Below, piece after piece: positions 22,148 to 35,695 of a stretch of 64,000 nucleotides of DNA. Below the pieces are notes generated by a model that saw only the letters and a list, made by a program, of their open reading frames with translations, was not told where the DNA came from and ran no database searches. Source of the DNA: Podarcis bocagei (Eukaryota); the NCBI GenBank assembly GCA_964188305.1, contig OZ076888.1, one strand, 5' to 3'. The stretch's first letter is position 1. Each line of letters begins with the position of its first letter. The translations under genes and the position numbers were made by a program.

Positions 22148-23894
22148 GAACTTAACAAAGCAAGAGAGTGGATAACAATGCTGGAATGCACTTCACAATT
22201 TTAATATTTTCCATACTATCGAATCACAGAGATACTAACATGCTGAATTTCTCAATTATTTTCTCTGGGTAACAGTCACCCCTCTATCAGGGAAGGTGAA
22301 GAAGGGGAGGGAACTTCAAAATAACTAAGTATATATCTTGAAGATGAACCAGGCAGGACAAGGGATTTCCTGAGTAATTTTGAAGCCGGGGGGGGGGGGG
22401 ACTGTGCTACTCTAAACTTATCTTAAGGGCTTATCAATCACAGTTGTGACTTCATCCAGTTGTGCAAACCACTGAAAGGTGGTAGCAGGCTCATACCTCA
22501 CAAAACACTTGCTTTGAATTTTGCTTGCATATTTTGCTCAACAATGTTCATTCTAAAGAGGTCTAGGAGCTGTTCTTTTTTTATAAGTGAAAGCTCAGAA
22601 TCTAGGTCCACTGGTGAACATAGAGATATATAAAATCAATAAGTTACTCTGTACAGAATGGATTAAAAAAAAGCGAGCAACAGAGAGGAGGAGGAAACTG
22701 ACATCATGCTTTGCCGGGGGGGGGGGGGAGGATAAGATTGCAGCTTCAGGGTTTTTAAATCAAATAGCGTGGTGAATGTTCTAGCTGCAATAACAGCTGG
22801 GCAATAAAAATAAGGAATCTATTCAATATGTTTTGACGTTTGAAAAAGGATGAATAAGAACCAGAAAAATATTGTTTCTGCTAAACAAAACACACACTTT
22901 ATTTCAGACTTCTGTTTTCAAATCTAGGAATTTACAAAATGGCTTAAATAACTCCCTCTTCACAATCTGCTGTGTAAAAAAAAAAGTATACTTCAATTTA
23001 TTCCAAATGAAATAGGCTCTGTTTTGATGCAACATTGTTCATTGCTGTTTCATTTGAGGAATGGCACTTCAAGTTCCTCTTCCCTTGTCTGCAGCTGAGA
23101 AATTCTGTAGACTATGCCTTCCCTACTAACATCCATCAGGATATAATTGACTGGGCTATTTTTCTTTTCTTTTTTTAAAGCCCACGCATTACTGGACATG
23201 TATGTTTGCTCCACAGATGCAGGGAGGACTAGTCTTTATCCCTAATCCTGCATTTACAGATGCTACTTTAGCTGTTACTCCCTAAAGGAAATTCATGCTG
23301 TACTTGCTAAGAGGTTGCAGATAATATTTCCTTTTGCTTTGCAGCCTCCTTCATATCTCCATTCCTAAGCCTACCCCACTGCTGGAATGAGAGTGGGTGA
23401 GGAAGACAAATAAGTTAGAATACTGTCTTCTAGACATTCTCCTGTGCCTGCAAGATGTGCAGTACTAGACAAGAATTCAGCAGGAGCTTGGAGATTTTGA
23501 TTTTCTTGCCCTATGGTAAACCTTGCTATAGAAATGGACAGTGCTTCTGTCCCCTCACTCAGTCCCCACTGGAGATGCACATATTCCAGTTAGTGACTGA
23601 CAAAGATATGCACCACTTCCCTGAGGAATTTTTGTTAAAAATATTTTAACTTTTCTCAGAGTTTCTTAGATATTTAGCCTGAAGGACTACCTCCAATTTT
23701 GCTTGTATTGCACTTTAGATAACACTCTGTGGTCAACCGCCAATAAGTCTTCCACATGCACCCATGCTACTGTGACCACAGAGCATCTCAAATTGTTAAG
23801 AGCGGGGGACATACTGCACAAAATGTGTCCATTAGGGAAGCTCTCATGTTAAGAGACACATTGAATTGTCTCTCAGGGCCCCTATTCTGTACAC

Positions 23895-24134
23895 CATGGG
23901 TAGGCAAACTAAGGCCCAGGGACCAGATCCAGCCCAATCGACTTCTAAATCCAGCTCACGGATGGTCTGGGAATCAGCGTGTTTTTACATGAGTAGAATG
24001 TGTCCTTTTATTTAAAATGCATCTCTGGGGCATAGGAATTCATTCATCCCCCCCCAAAAAAATATAGCCTGCCCCCCCACAAGGTCTGAGGGACAGTGGA
24101 CCCGCCCCCTGCTGAAAATGTTTGCTGACCCCTG
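23895..24134. mobile_element. hAT (Charlie-like) MITE
   Basis: Termini CATGGGTAGGCAAAC...GTTTGCTGACCCCTG; degenerate 8-bp TSD CTGTACAC/CTATATAC. Confidence 0.75.
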
Positions 24135-25084
24135 CTATATACAAGCAATTTTTACCATAAAGAAACACAAAAAACAGCACATACGTTCAGATTGATTTGA
24201 GATGTCAGTTCTGAAACCATGCCCAGTGGATTCATTATGCTGAAAGCTGCAATTCTATTCATGCATACTGAAGCCCTGTTGAACTCGGAGGAAGCGACTT
24301 TTGACTAAGCAGGTGTGCTGACAGTCTTGCTTTACCCTAAAGACTTAACTTTGTGTGTGGCTTGAGCTTTCCTAGACCAGTAAAAGGGAGGGTACTCTGT
24401 TCCATGAAAATCTATGCCACAATTACATGGTAGTATTTATGGTGCTGCCAGAAGACACCATGATGCGTGCGTGTCCGTGTCAGTCAAACTCTCCAACATA
24501 CTGACTCCCAAAACTGGGACACTTCTCTTCCTGACCCTGCTTCTGTGTGAGTCATGTGACTCGGGCGAGATCACTGAGTCCCAAAACGTGCATTTTGGGG
24601 GTCTGTTTTTCAGAGCTCGGCATCCAAAACCAGGATGTCCCAATTTAATCGGGACAGTTGTGGGGTATGGTGTGTAGGAACTGCAAGCGGGGTGGGGGGA
24701 GGAGATGGCTGCAACCTCATCTATACCTCTCTTGTCATAGGGGGAGCAATAGGATTGTCTTAGATGCAACCTAGATAGGAGCACAAAAATGGGTATCAAA
24801 AGTGTTTGGTGGCTGATTTTTCTTGGACCACAACCAACCATTTAAAGAACACCTTATTTTCCTTTTCTCCTACATGGTCCTCACACAAGAGTCAGCTAGC
24901 TACAATAAAGCACAGGATCTGATTGTTACAAACAATTCACTAATAACTGTTGACAAAGCATGGTTTGAGACTGATGGAGCTGGGGCAGTATCTAGCACTG
25001 GTTAATTCAACCAGCAAAATAACCTACTGAGAAACATCCTATCTAATATTTTATTATTGCCTTTGTATGCATGGTATGGCATCA

Positions 25085-25354
<270 letters not shown>

Positions 25355-25957
25355 CTACACACAAAAAGATAGAATCATAGAATCAAGATAACACTGAACA
25401 TATTTTCATGTTGCATTTAATGAGCTAAAACCATTAGTTTCACAGAGTTTAAATTTTTTAGCAAAAAAAAAAAATCCATTAAAATATGTCAATGATATAT
25501 GTAGCAAACTTCTCCTACCATACCAGTATTTTGGATCACATAGCAACATCTCAATGCTTGCTATTTGTAACCTTTAAATCTAATAACCTTACAAGGAGGG
25601 CACAGGGTCACTCCACATTAACTAAGGCCTTTCAAACCCGCCCCCCATTTCCAACATTCCAATTGTCCAGTTGATGAGCAGCGTGGAGAGGTTAAAGAGA
25701 GAAAAATTGTTGGTTTCATGTGACTGATTTTTTGACTAGGTGGAGGTTGGGGTTTTGTTTATTTTTGTTTATTTGTTAATTAATGTGTCTGGTTACTGCT
25801 TTTATTATTTATGTTTGGAGACCTTCAGGAGACAAGCAGCTAATAAATAAAAAGAATGACATTATGCATAATCTCCAACAGACCTTGGGGAATGTGCGCA
25901 TCTGAACTGCATTTTGTACATTCTCCAGGCAAATAAGCACATTCTCTGGTTAGTATA

Positions 25958-26101
25958 NNNNNNNNNNNNNNNNNNNNNNNNNNNNNNNNNNNNNNNNNNN
26001 NNNNNNNNNNNNNNNNNNNNNNNNNNNNNNNNNNNNNNNNNNNNNNNNNNNNNNNNNNNNNNNNNNNNNNNNNNNNNNNNNNNNNNNNNNNNNNNNNNNN
26101 N
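25958..26101. other. Assembly gap (144 N) in TRIM42 intron 3
   Basis: Run of N next to an L2 3' end, where an (ATT)n tail would be expected. Confidence 0.99.
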
Positions 26102-26220
26102 CCTGCCCATCTGGCTGTGTTTCCCCAGCAACTCTGGGCGGCTCCCAACCGAATATTAAAAACACAACACAGCCTTAAACATTAAAAACGTCCCTAAAAA
26201 GGGCTGCCTTCAGGTGTCCA
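26102..26220 (-). mobile_element. L2 LINE 3' UTR fragment
   Basis: Reverse complement of the ...CCCAGAGTGGCTGGGGA..CAGCCAGATGGGC 3' end seen at 40070-40105. Confidence 0.8.
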
Positions 26221-26438
26221 AGAAACATGATCCCTCTACCTCTAGTTTAGAAGGGCTCTTACAGGGCTCACAACATACCCTCCCAGCAGAGCAACAGGAA
26301 GAACAGATGGAGCTCCAAGGGGGAAATTTCCTTTTCACCACCCTCTGCTGTTCTCCATTCAGCTGAGAAGCACAAGGGAGGAAATCACAGAGAAAGGAAA
26401 GCAGGTCTGACAAAGAAAATCCCCCAATTAAACAAGTG

Positions 26439-26637
26439 CAGTGGTACCTCGGGTTAAGAACTTAATTCGTTCTGGAGGTCCGTTCTTAACCTGAAACTGT
26501 TCTTAACCTGAAGTACCACTTTAGCTAATGGGGCCTCCCACTGCCACCGTGAGATTTCTAAAGTTCTTAACCCAAGGTACTGCTTCTGGGTTAGCGGAGT
26601 CTGTAACCTGAAGCGTCTGTAACCCGAGGTACCACTG
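26439..26637. mobile_element. Tc1/mariner MITE, same family as 8290, internally deleted
   Basis: CAGTGGTACCTCGGGTT...AACCCGAGGTACCACTG. Confidence 0.88.
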
Positions 26638-27108
26638 TACTTTCTCAACACAGGAAAAGTTGGGGACCACTGCATTGGGCAACATGCACTGGCTTGGGAG
26701 CCCCCTGTTCTCAGATGCAGCAATCACATTTTCAAGCAAATACCTGAACAAAACATCTGTACATCTTTTCCATACTGAGGAGTTTCTCAGAAAGGGGTGT
26801 CAGGGCACAGGTGATTTGTAGGAACAGGTATTTTGCGTCCCCCCCCTTCCTGCTATTTTGCCTGAAAAACCCACTGTTTTCGACTGAATCAGAACAAATG
26901 TCAGTCCTCAGTGATGTTTGTTCTGATTCAGCAGTAATCAGCAGGTTTCCCCAGGATGGCAACAACAAACCACTCAGACCCGTGCCTAGAAATCACGGGC
27001 CTGTGCCTAAAAATAATGGCACAACCGGAAGTGGGGATGAGCCCTTGGCCTACAAATGCTCTCAGTGCATGTACAATGTGTATGAAACATTATGTAAAAA
27101 AATTTTAC

Positions 27109-27926
27109 CTTAGCAAGAGTTGGAAATACAAGTGTTTGGTAGACGATAACAATGCCAGGAACAGTGGTAGATTGGGCTTCTCCATGTAATTCTGGATTGT
27201 AGTAGATACCTTGGTTTTGAAATCTCCTATCGCTTCTTGAACTATCTGATGCTGCGTCCCAAACTGCATACATCCCATTATCTTTCAAGTTAGGAGGTAA
27301 GGATTTGGGTCTTAGATACATGTCGTTCATTATGTCTTCATCTAATGAAGTAAATGATGCTAAAGACTGACTACGATCCATTCCTAATGGATTTGGGACG
27401 TGTGCACTGGAAACATCCCTTGGAATCATTATGTCAGATCTGCAAGGATAAGGAAATTTGCCTGTTTTATCATACACTTTCTTTGAAAGTGCTGGGAAAA
27501 TGGTTTGTAACTTTTGTGCAAGTTCCTCAAAGTTGACTTTAAGGTGCTTAATAGGGTCTTCCCTGAGAAGTGGGCTAGGCTGATAAATATTAGCAATTGC
27601 ATCTTCTATTTCAACCACTAGCCCATATGCAGACTGCAGGAATGCAAGCTGGCTTTGTTCCTTTAGAGCTTCCTTAGAATACTGCATAAGGCTGTCCATC
27701 TGATCAATTCTCTTGCTTGTGTATTCGGCAAACTCGTAAAGTGCCTTCTGTTTTTGAATCTCAAGGTTTTCTACTGCCTCCATCAGCTCTTTCTCCCGTT
27801 GTTGAAGGATGCTCTGTAACCTCATGAAACCGTTCCTGATCTCCCTCCTTTTTGTTTCTTTATAGGACTTAAAATTGTTTTTTAATACAAGGACTTCCAT
27901 TAGATCATTATCAATTATAAATCGTA
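27109..27926 (-). CDS. TRIM42: TRIM42 coding exon 3 (coiled coil, COS box, start of FN3)
   Basis: tgtgtttcag|TA CGA TTT...GCT AAG|gtaaaa, phase 1/0; VRFIIDNDLME..LKNNFK..KETKRREIRNGF..L..ILQ..EK...AFLQSA...PG.VIVYQTLVFP..AK. Confidence 0.96.
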
Positions 27927-29062
27927 CTGAAACACACAAAAACAATCATTATATCACAAAAATAATCATGATATCACTGTCCATCTACTCATTCACAAAA
28001 TATAGTAAAAGTTAAAAGTGAGATAGGGTTTAATATAAGTTGACTACATTTGGCACGATCTGTATTGGAAACAGAAGCTTCACTATGGTTCAGTTCAAGA
28101 CGATAAGTTGGAGTCACATTAACCCAATGTAAACTGGGTTTGAATGTACAGCACTGTGGGAACAATTCCTCAAAGTAAATAAAAAAATTGGAAAACAATG
28201 GACAGATTTCCCACAGTGTTTTTAAATGTGAAGAGATCCACCAGGGGGTGGGGGGAGGGGGGAGCAGAGCTGTGGGTGCTATTAATGCTCTCCGTTGCTG
28301 TTTTCCCCATATATAAACTCTCTCTGTTGAAACAGTATTAGATCTGTGCATCAACACATACATTGGTCATATTCACACCATATATTTAAAGAATCCTGGA
28401 TGCTGTAGTTTAAGGGTGCTGGGAATTGTAGCTCTGTGAGGAGTGGACTACAGTCCCCAGGATCCTTTGTGGGAAAGTTAAATGATGACTGTTAAATTGG
28501 CAGAAATGTGCTATAAATGCACGGGGTGGATGTGACCATGCTTGTGTGCTTACTCTCAAAGAATAAACAGCAGCTCAGGAGTGATTACATAATGCAGAAA
28601 TCACAGGGAGGGTTAACACACTTGCAGCATTGCCCCAATCTGAGCCCTGCAGCTACATTTGCAATTTCAGAAAGGCCTTGATGAGCCCTCTACATGTGAT
28701 ACTATTAAAGTACATTCAAAGTGCTTTCCCCTTCCCTCAAAGAATTCTGGTCACTGTGGTTTGCTAAGGTGTTGCTGGGACATGTAAATTAGTGTGAGGT
28801 AAACTACAGCAACCTGAAACCTTTGAAGGAGGCAAATGTCTTTTAAAGGTATAGTGTGCATGCATCCATAGATGTCCCTACATTATGTCTATTTCACTAC
28901 TCTTTCAGTGGTTTTCAGATAAAATGTACACACAAACCTAAGATTTACACATTGTGGGTGCCATTGCACCGGTGTGTTTATAACTGCACTTTGAGACTCA
29001 TCAAAGCCTATATTACAATAACAAATCAAGCAGAAGGAAAGTAGTTAAATACAAACAGGAAC

Positions 29063-29745
29063 CTTTTTTAAACTTTGCAATAGAACCGAATAATGCAGCA
29101 GACAGTTTTGAACATGCTAGTGGCAAAGGAACTGTGTCATGATCCGTGTGGTGGGCATCAGCGCAGTATTCACAAAGCAGTTCATGGTCATCAAGACAGT
29201 ATTTTGAGATCATTGAATCACCATGGATCAAACAGTTTCTTTCTTCCCAAACTTCGTCACTGATTTTGGCATAGACATGATTTTGGTATGAAATATCCTG
29301 GTGAAAGTTCCTCAGGCAAAGATTACAGTAATTCAACTGACATGTCACACATCTCTTGGTGGCCTTCCGGCGCTCGTCACAAAGTTGGCAATAAATTGGT
29401 AGCCGGCTTCTGTCAAACCTCCACCGCAGAAAACCGTATCGGCGCATATATTTCCTGGCCAATCTGGCTCTTAGGTAATTCATCCTCAGCTGGATTTTCT
29501 TAGCAAACGGAAGGCAGTGGGCTTTGTTGCAAATGGGGCATGTGATGATGAAGAAGTTCTCTGTGATCTCAGCCTGAAGTTGGCTCTTCATTATGCACTT
29601 ATCACAAATGCAGTGATTGCATGGCAGCATAAAAGGTCGGAGAAACAGCTCTTGGCACAAAGGGCAAATAAGCTGGTCAAGAAAAGCATGTCCCGATGAT
29701 TCCTTATCCAGCGAAATGACAGATGAGTTGCTTATCAACTTGCGT
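29063..29745 (-). CDS. TRIM42: TRIM42 coding exon 2 (RING, B-box1, B-box2)
   Basis: atgctcag|A CGC...AAA G|gttcct, phase 2/1; C3HC4 RING CPLC..FMLPCNHCICDKC..ENFFIITCPIC; WRFDRS; two B-boxes. Confidence 0.97.
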
Positions 29746-29860
29746 CTGAGCATAAAAAACAACAACCAAGAAAACTTTCAGTTGTAGAGAGTGAAGCCAC
29801 CAACATTCATAATTACCCAACTTGTAATATGTCCTTATGTTATGAGTAATGCTTGGCTGT

Positions 29861-30027
29861 GGTGCTCCGTTGCACCAGAAGCGGCTTAGTCATGCTGGCC
29901 ACATGACCCAGAAAAACTATCTGCGGACAAACATCGGCTCCCTCGGCCTGTAAAGCGAGATGAGCGACGCAACCTCAGAGTTGTCTGCGACTGGACTTAA
30001 CTGTCAGGGACCTTTATATTTTTTACC
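29861..30027 (+). mobile_element. Sauria SINE 3' half
   Basis: GTCATGCTGGCCACATGACC..CGGCTCCCTCGGCC..GAGATGAGC matches the other Sauria SINEs. Confidence 0.8.
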
Positions 30028-30768
30028 CCTAAAATGCATCTGTGGATTAGATTTAACCCAATCCAGAATTCCTATGTTCCTTTTTCCTCCCTGTCTCCTG
30101 TCAAATGTTTTCCCTACTTTGTGGTTTGGGGTGGCAGGTGCAGAATGGCGATCTTGTTAGCAATCTCAGTATCACCAGAAATCCTGCAATGGGAATCCTG
30201 AAGGTGCTACTGACCTTGGGAAATACAGCTTTCCCAGGATTCCCGAGATGTTGTTTAATGTCCTAGATGGTATGGATGAAGGCCTTACATGGAGGCCTCG
30301 CAGTAAGTTTTTCCCACTGGTCCTGCTGCTACTAGGTCTGCAAGTGAAAAGACAAGGAGGCTTGCGTGGGATGAGACTCATATGAAGTTTGGAGAGATAT
30401 GTGGCGTGAATCTTTCCTGTGCCACAAACTCAAAAAACCCTTAAAGTAAGGCACTCTTTCTCTTTCTCAGCTCTTTTGCTCATTCTGTGCTATGGATAAA
30501 TAACCCGCTGCACAGTATTTTTGCTTCAGGGTAACAAAACTAATCAAAACCCTGCTTGAGAGATGCACAGGAGAAGTGAGGAATGTTTCACCTGTGACTG
30601 TCCTGCACTGAGCAGAAGATTGGACTAGGTAACATTCAAGGACCCTATATCATTCTATATAGGTAGTGTTGGTCATCAGTTGGTACATGTTGTATGAGAT
30701 GGCAGCTTCAGTTGCATAGATTCCCTGTCTAGTCCAATGAATAGGGACTTAAATCTAGGATGCAGATC

Positions 30769-30823
<55 letters not shown>

Positions 30824-31045
30824 TTATTATTATTATTATTATTTATACCCCACCCATGTGTCTGGGTTTCCCCAGCCACTCTGGGCAACTCCCAGAACAT
30901 TAAAAACAGAATAAAACTTCAAACATTAAAAATTTCCATAAACAGGGCTGCCTTCAGATGTCTTCTAAAAGTCAGATAGTTGTTTATTTCCTTGACATCT
31001 GATGGGAGTTCCACAAGGCTGGTGCCACTACTGAGAAGGCCCTCT
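30769..31045 (-). mobile_element. L2 LINE 3' end with long (ATT)n tail
   Basis: Homologous to 39900-40170; the poly-Ile ORFs here come from the tail. Confidence 0.85.
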
Positions 31046-31347
31046 TGCCACTGACAGCACCCAACTAACCACAGGATAGGATGCCATATCTGTGTTGCCT
31101 AATACCCCATTGATTAAGGGCATGTAGAAAGCCCCTTGGTCAGTCCCCAGTGTTAAGTATAATTGATTTAATTGACACAGAAATGGAAATGTATGTGTAT
31201 TAATGAAGGTTTAAAATGGAAAGAGGCTAAATGTGTATTTCTAACATTGGGGTTTTTCCACAGTAGTTTTTCAAAGGACTCTAAGCTCCTAAATGGGTTA
31301 ATGATTACTAGCTTCTAAAAGAAACCACAGTTCTGTCAAACTCTTAC

Positions 31348-31730
31348 CTTCTAAGTCTGTACCGATGCTTGTAAGGTATATAGTTGAGGTAGTTGCAGCA
31401 CGTGCTTTCATAGCACTGGCAGTCATCATTCTCATCTGTGCAGCACAAGTACTTGCAGTGTGGATTATTAGCACAGGAGCAGCAGCACCAGCGGCAATTT
31501 GGGTTCTGTGAGCATGTGCAGTGGCAGCACTGACAGGTTTCATCTTCACTGTGTGGACAGTAGAAGCAGTCACAGTTCCGTTCATCGCTGAATAGAAAAC
31601 GCCAACACAAGCAGCATGCGAATATGGATCTGCTGAATAAGTAACGCCGAAACCTAACTAATTCATAGCAGCACGGACAACCTGGGCAACATGGACATGT
31701 CAAGCAACAGTGACATGTTGCGCGAGGCAT
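31348..31730 (-). CDS. TRIM42: TRIM42 coding exon 1 (Cys-rich N-terminus)
   Basis: ATG at 31730; CCLCWRFLFSDERNCDCFYCP..CCHCTCSQNPNCRWCCCS.AN.P.CK matches the distinctive TRIM42 N-terminus; donor AG|gtaaga, phase 2. The five exons total 2202 nt (733 aa plus stop). Confidence 0.96.
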
Positions 31731-34117
31731 GACTTTTCAGGAAGATATACTGGTTTTCTCCAGGCCCTTTTGGTCCTAGAAAGCTGTGCTTGCTTAATGA
31801 TGACATCACAATAGCTTTTACCAATGAGGATGGGTGTTTCTTCACATATGAAAGTGGCTTGTCAGTTGCATCATAAAATATGTCACAATGACTAGGACAA
31901 CTAATGCTTCAAATTCTTGTACTCATATGAGGCATATGGTCAAACCATACGGAAAAATCTGGAATGCAACACAGAGCATTGAGAAGTCCTGACAATGTAT
32001 TTTCATGGGACAAATTAACTCATTCTAGGTAGTTCCTTTTGGAGTTCTTCACAGTCCCTTTGGTATCATCAACACACTGGGCTACCTCATTGCTCACTCC
32101 TAATTAAATCATTTCTGAATCACCATGGCAAGGGGAATTGTTTTGTGGGGATGAATGGCTTATTATTATTTATATCTCTCAATGCCCAGATGGCTTATAA
32201 GTGGTGTACAGAAATATAATCCAACTGCACAACATTGTTGGAACACAATATAACTAAAAATACAGAACAATGCAACCCCATTAAAATATAACAACCATGA
32301 TGTAAATGTGCAACAACATTTGCATTTATATCCCACTCTTCCTCCCCCAAGGAACCCAGGGTGGCAAAATGGGAGTGAGGCAAAGGATGCAACAATACCA
32401 GTGTTGCCTTCTTCCAGAGATGTATTTGGGGAAAATGTTTGCCAGACCATCCTGGGGGTGTCACCACCACCAGTGGGGACAAAATTCCTCCTTCAATAAA
32501 AACAACAAAGAGGTGAGACAAGACTCTGCTGCTTGTACCCTGAAGCACAAGTATCCCTGCCCACAACATTGCACCAAGTTTCTCTATTTGTTCTTCCCCT
32601 AAATGTCCCTTGGAAAGTGTCAGCTGGACTTTTTAGCACAGTAGAAAGTTTCATATACATTAATGTTTTGTGCTATTTACCACCCAGAAGACTACAGGGA
32701 GAAGTGAACTATTTCATTCTGAAGGCTGTATTCCTTCTGGGAGTCACTTGGCCGTGGTGGTTGAGACCAGAGGCAAAATGGATGTGACTGAGTGAGGCAA
32801 CGGATGTGATTCTTACCTCTGTGCAGTAGACTACATTCCAGCTATGTAGATATCCATCTTCAATCCAGCAAAACAAGAGACATAATCACCTTCCAATGTT
32901 ACATTCTAGCCACATAAAATCACTTGAAGAGCACAGGGAACAGAGTCACTGAAGGTTGTGGCCAGATGAGAGGGCTGTGATTCAGGGGGAGCCCTGAGGG
33001 GTGAATAGGGCAGATTGGAGGGCATCATTCAGTGCTAAGGCTGCAGTCCCCCACCTCTGAACTAGTGAGTCTGTTTTGCTCTTCTTGTTGCTGCCTATGT
33101 CTTGTTGCTGCACTTCATCATTGTTGCTGTTCTAGAATCTTGTGGGGAACCCGGTGGGAGATGCTCTTAACTGTTCTGGCGAACACTCAGGAATCTTTAT
33201 TTGAATCTTCTGGTTCTGAACTCTCAGTGATCTATGGCGTCATGAGGAGACCATCACTTGATATTGATATTTGGAGAGCACTGTTGCACTCACAGCCAGC
33301 AGTACTTTAATCAATACCTTTTATAATGCAAATATGCTCCTCTTCTTTCTCCCAAAGTTATAGACATTGAGAACAATACATGATGGGATACAGCAGGGAA
33401 AAATAAGCTTGCAGAAATGACGATGGCGACATGACCTTGAAGGGAGGGCATGTTCCTTCTACACTCGGTCAGAAGTGTAGTCTACCTAGACTAAAACAGA
33501 TGTATTGGCAGTGCAGCAGTGAGTCAGCAGCTAATGATGCTCTGAACCTACAAAATCTCCCCTGCCTTGCCTCATGGCAAACACTTCAGTGCCACCTCAC
33601 TTCTACACAGGTACTTTTACAATCTCCTCCGGCCCACTATGATTGGTTTGGATGGAACCTGACTCGGGTGACTGCGGATCAGCATTTCTGTTTCTCTTTA
33701 ACTGATACAGACAGATGAAATCATCCTGGCTGCCAGAGATAATGTATGAACATCAGCTGCAGGCAGAACAGCAGCTTTTCAAAGGGTTTCCAAGGCTGCT
33801 GGATAATCCTGCTGGGTTTTACACCCACAGCCAGAACTTCATTCTTGTGGACTTCTTATGCCTGTTGCCTAGCCCAGCAGTAGCCAACATAGTACCCTCC
33901 AGATGACACGACCACTGCCCGGAGGCCAGCCATGGCTTCACTGTGTTCCGCTCTGCCCTGCAGCCCGGACTCAGGTCTGGTGCAGCCCTGGCAGTAGAGG
34001 AAGAGGAGGAGGAAGCCGAGTGCAGGCGGCAGCATGGGGGAGAAGGCAGGAACCAGGGTTTTCAAGAAGTTCAGCCCCAATTGCAAACCCTCCAGATGTT
34101 GTTGCCCATCATACCTG

Positions 34118-34366
34118 ACCAGTGTGGTGTAGTGTAGTGGTTAAGAGCAATAGACTCGTAATCTGGGGAACTGGGTTTACGTCTCTGCTCCTCCACATGC
34201 AGCTGCTGGGTGACTTGGGCCAGTCACACTTCTTTGAAGTCTCTCAGCCCCACTCACCTCACAGAGTGTTTGTGGTGGGGGAGGAAGGGAAAGGAAAATG
34301 TTAGCCACTTTGAGACTCCTTTGGGTAGTGATAAAGCGGGATATCAAATCCAAATCCAAATCCAAA
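34118..34366 (+). mobile_element. Squam3-type tRNA/CORE SINE
   Basis: CCAGTGTGGTGTAGTG..GGTTAAGAGC head; GCTGGGTGACTTGGGCCAGTCAC core; tail AAGCGGGATATC(AAATCC)n. Confidence 0.8.
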
Positions 34367-35094
34367 CTGTCAACCAGGCTAGCTGCTGCTGATGGGAGGC
34401 GGAGTCCAACAATGTTTGGAGGCCACCACATTAACTACCCCTGGTCTTAGTCTTTTATTGTAGGGGGCTGACGAGCACAGTCTGTGCATAGGTTTCAGTT
34501 TCTGTATCTCATGGACTATTCCTGAACAATACATGAGCCTCAGATAAAGCAAAGAATACCAGAGAATATAAACCCACGCAGCCACAGCCTCACAGGTATA
34601 CTGGCTAGAGTGTCAGAGCTTATCCACGCTTATCCTTTGCCCTGCTCTTTCCAGGCAGAGGTCTGTGCTTTAATGACAAAAGCAAACTAAAACACTTTAA
34701 AACCAATGTAAAAATAGATACAGTGCAGACGCCTGATCCTCCTTGACCCTGAAGCCACAGACTCATTAGAAGCTGAGTGGGCCGTTTCATTCAGATATAT
34801 CTGATGAATCATCCTGTTGACTTTTAAGAAATAATGGTTATATTTGTCTGTATGTCTCTCCTCCGCCCCATCCTGTAGTTCACATTTTTAAAAAGCAGGA
34901 AGATTTCCGAAACATAGATAAGAAAAAACAAAAACAAAATTCAGGTGGCTTGATACATAACTAACATGGTTTGCCAGTAAATTAACGTGAGTAAGTGTAG
35001 GCATACCTTTTTTCCTAGTACTTTATGGGCTGCAAACATTCTAAAACAGTTGCAATTTTTATAAAGCAGTTACAGTTAAAAAATATTCTTCCAT

Positions 35095-35527
35095 TCGAGG
35101 ATAGGAATGTGTAAGATTATGTATGGTGTGCAGGCAGGGGATAGTGAGAATATTTGTTCCTTCTGTCATGACTTCAGAACTTGAGGTCATCCAGCAAAGC
35201 TGAATTTGAGAAGATTCAGCAGAGATCAAATAAAGTACTTTGTCACACTTAGTTAAACTACAGAATTTGCCCATGTACAGTGTAGTGATGGCCACCAAAC
35301 GTGGATTAGAAAAATTCATGGAGGATAAGACTGTCAGTGGCTACTAGGCACAATGGCTTTGCCTACCTCCACTTCTGGAATACTAGTTGCTCGGAATCCC
35401 AAGTGGGGAAAATGCTGTTGCACCCAGTCCTGATTGCAGGCTTCTTGTGGGCCTCTGGTTGCCCATTGTGGGACAAGGACGCTAGACAAGATAGGCCTTT
35501 GGTGTGGGCTTTCCTTATGTTCTTATG
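35095..35527 (+). mobile_element. CR1 LINE 3' fragment
   Basis: Contains GGATTAGAAAAATTCATGGAGGATAAG; ends in a CTTATGTTCTTATG CR1-type tail. Confidence 0.7.
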
Positions 35528-35695
35528 ACCCTACTGGCACATTGATAGTCTAGCTTCAATGATCAATTCCCCGATAATCTGCCACTTTTTGAGTACTGCA
35601 ATGCATTGCATACTGCCTTTTGGAAAAAAGACTTCATTTGGCCCAGAACAGGGATGAAAGACTGCACAAATTTTTACCCAGAAAGTATTGCATGC

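Noticed and set aside
30676-30979. Poly-Ile/Leu/Asn ORFs (also 39975-40439 and 50588-50795)
   Set aside because: Translations of (ATT)n or (GTT)n microsatellites.
33943-34137. EEEEEEAE-containing ORF as a possible last exon of CLSTN2, the mammalian upstream neighbour of TRIM42
   Set aside because: Wrong strand for the expected synteny and no LEWDDS-type terminus. No CLSTN2 coding exon was recognised anywhere in 32-64 kb.
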